Source: Octopus sinensis (lineage: Eukaryota). From it: a stretch of DNA of 64,000 nt. The position numbers and the translations under genes were made by a program. Positions 61,511 to 64,000 of the stretch are shown piece after piece. How positions within the stretch are numbered: position 1 is the first letter of the stretch; each line of letters begins with the position of its first letter. Location of the stretch: positions 1-64,000 of the forward strand of contig NW_021831846.1 in the NCBI RefSeq assembly GCF_006345805.1. The letters run 5' to 3'. The notes beneath the pieces are model-generated. The model was not told the DNA's origin and did not search any database. It saw only the letters and a program-made list of their open reading frames with translations.

Positions 61511-62916
61511 AGAGTGACCTTGGATCGTAGAGTGACCTGCTGTGCTTGAGGAGACCTGTTGATTCAAGTTCATCAACATCAAAATAAAAATTCAAATGGA
61601 AATTGTAGTTAAGACAACCGTGCCAGTGACACGTAAAAAGCACCGTTCGAACGTGGCAGACACTAGCGTCGCCTGACTGGCATCTGTGTCGGTGACACGT
61701 AAAAGCACCAACCGATTGTGACCGTTTGCCAGCCAGCTCTGGCTCCTGTGCCGGTGGCACGTAAAAAACACTCACAGAGTGGTTGGCATTAGGAAAGGCA
61801 TCCAGCTGTAGAAACTCTGCCACATCAGACTAGAGCCTGGTGCAGCCTCCATGGCTTACCAGACCCCGGTCGAACCGTCCAACCCATGCTAGCATGGAAA
61901 ACGGACGTTAAATGATGATGATGATGATGATGAACTACCCTTAAAATACATTAATTTTAAGATGAATGTATCACCTTTGGATATACTTGAATTATAAAAG
62001 CATGCATATTAGAAGAGAAAATAGCACTTTGATAATTCAGAAGTATCTAAAGAGAAACAATAAAACACATCTTAAATATAAGATGTAATGGTGTAAGAAA
62101 GTTGGGAGAAATTTCAGGTTGTATAAAGTTTTTGTTTCGGTATTTCAAATAAACCACGATACTTTTAATATTCCCCATTAAAAAGAAAAAAAAAACCTTT
62201 TGGGAAATACGCCGCGATTCTCCTTATATTTTTTTACTAATTGAAATTAACAGGTTATTCTAATTATAAATAAACTTTGGTAAATAATGGAACCACCCTG
62301 GGTGGTTCGTAGCCTCTGTTGTATCAATCGGTGATATGTGACTAGAGCTAAAATAAATAAATATAAGAAAACTCTTGGCAGCGAAAAAGAAACAGCGAAA
62401 GGAAAAAATCCAAAAGGGGAAAAGCTGTAAAAAAAACAAAAGGAATAAAAAACACTAAATAAAAAAATTATATATAAAAACCAAGTTGTAAAAGGGAGAT
62501 CAACTGGGATTCGAAACCGGCTCGTCAACTTTGTTTGGCGGGAAGTTTACTGTATGCATTCAATTGTCAACTTGTTTTTATATATTCCGAATATTCAATT
62601 TATTTGAAATTTTGAAAGATAAATATTGTTTGCCAATTTTATTAGTAAATAAAATTAGAGAAACTAATAAATACTGATAATTATTTCTTTCTTGAAAGAG
62701 AAAATTTAATTACAATTTATTGTTATAAATTGTTGAATATTTCTTTTACAAATAATACACAGTAAACAGGTGGATGGAACGAGTGTATGTGTATATATAT
62801 ATACATACATAAACACTCACATGAATACAGGGATGGCCAGAAGTCGCTATACACATTTCTAATAATAATAAAGAGATGAGTGAAGTGACTTGTGGTCATC
62901 CTGTATATCAACATAC

Positions 62917-63299
62917 GGATCTTTTCGGTTTGAACGGCAGTTTTTTCTAGTGGTGTCATGATATTGTCACCCATAATTATGACCCTAGTATCGATCTATT
63001 GCATTTCAATCTGGGTTAGGGTATCTTTTTTTCTTCACAAATGTAAATAAACCCAATCTGTTTCTTAAACGAGGGACATATTTATATGGCACAGAATGTT
63101 GTTTACCTCAATAGACGTCATTGATTGGTTGAAATTGCAGAAAAAAACAACAACAAATATCTTAAAAACTATAGAATTTTCTCAATAAAGCCAAGAGAAA
63201 AAGATGTTTTATAAACACATTCTACCAGTATACGAAGTTTAAAATTTTTTAGTTACCAAGAAATTATGTTAAAAACTGCCGTTCAAACCGAAAAGATCC
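62917..63299. mobile_element. Same MITE family, 8-bp TSD CAACATAC
   Basis: TIRs and TSD read directly. Confidence 0.9.
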
Positions 63300-64000
63300 C
63301 AACATACACATATATACATGCGTGTGTAAACACAACAAATAAACATACATGTGCTTGTATATACATATTGATTTATATGTGTGTTGTTTTTGTAAACTAT
63401 TGATAGTGAAGATAACATGAGCACAAGACTAGAAATTTGGGAGAATGGTATAAATCGATTCTAGTGCTTTATTATAAATCGAACCTAGAATGTGAGATTC
63501 AAAAATCGACTTCAGCTGGGAATCGAACTCGTTACGTAAAGCAATGTAATAAAGTATTAAGCGAAGGACAATGCATTAAAATTATATTAGTTTATTTTCT
63601 AAAGGAAATTAACAGATGTTATATTGTATGTAAATATAGATTAGTAAATAAAGGACAGAGTAAGAGGGAGAAATAGTTGAAATATCAAGTACGAAACTAA
63701 AAGGTTGCAGTTGTTCAATATGTCAATGCAAATGAGTTGGGTCATAGTTTATTGACTGCGGACCTGCAACAAGCGAAAAGAAAGAATGGAGTTGAACAGG
63801 AGGAAAATATGAAGTGAATAAGTGCTCGGAGAAAAAAAAAAATATTAATTAAAAAAGAAATAATAATCAAGTTACTGTAGAATAAGAATGATCGAGAAAA
63901 ATAACGAAAAAAAATTTTATGATACTTATTAAAAATTTAATATAAAAAAAAACGTTTTTCCATTTGTTCCAAAATGGATACATAATATATATTTTTTTAA

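Overview
AT-rich, repeat-saturated animal genomic DNA. The tRNA-derived SINEs, RTE/CR1 LINE remnants and microsatellite load are consistent with an octopus/coleoid cephalopod genome (inference, not verified). The only host protein-coding gene I can support is DRG1 (developmentally regulated GTP-binding protein 1, OBG family) on the minus strand. It has 9 coding exons from ATG 47874 to TAA 14532, all introns GT-AG, frames consistent, 1098 nt = 365 aa + stop. Everything else is mobile DNA: a deleted hAT (Buster/Charlie-like), a decayed mariner, an abundant 8-bp-TSD MITE, a 1.85-kb foldback element, non-autonomous Helitrons, TTAA MITEs, CR1/RTE fragments and four SINE-like families. Highlights: (1) six complete minimal type I hammerhead ribozyme motifs from four sequence families, mostly in inverted-duplicated, (TA)n-associated Penelope-like remnants; (2) a 145-bp copy of DRG1 exon 2 with its splice acceptor captured inside the hAT element in DRG1 intron 4, a potential poison exon; (3) a 504-bp direct repeat bracketing the DRG1 promoter/exon 1; (4) several long hairpins and palindromes, including one with arms of at least 1.1 kb and a perfect 100-bp one. 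All coordinates were read by eye; repeat boundaries without a TSD are approximate.
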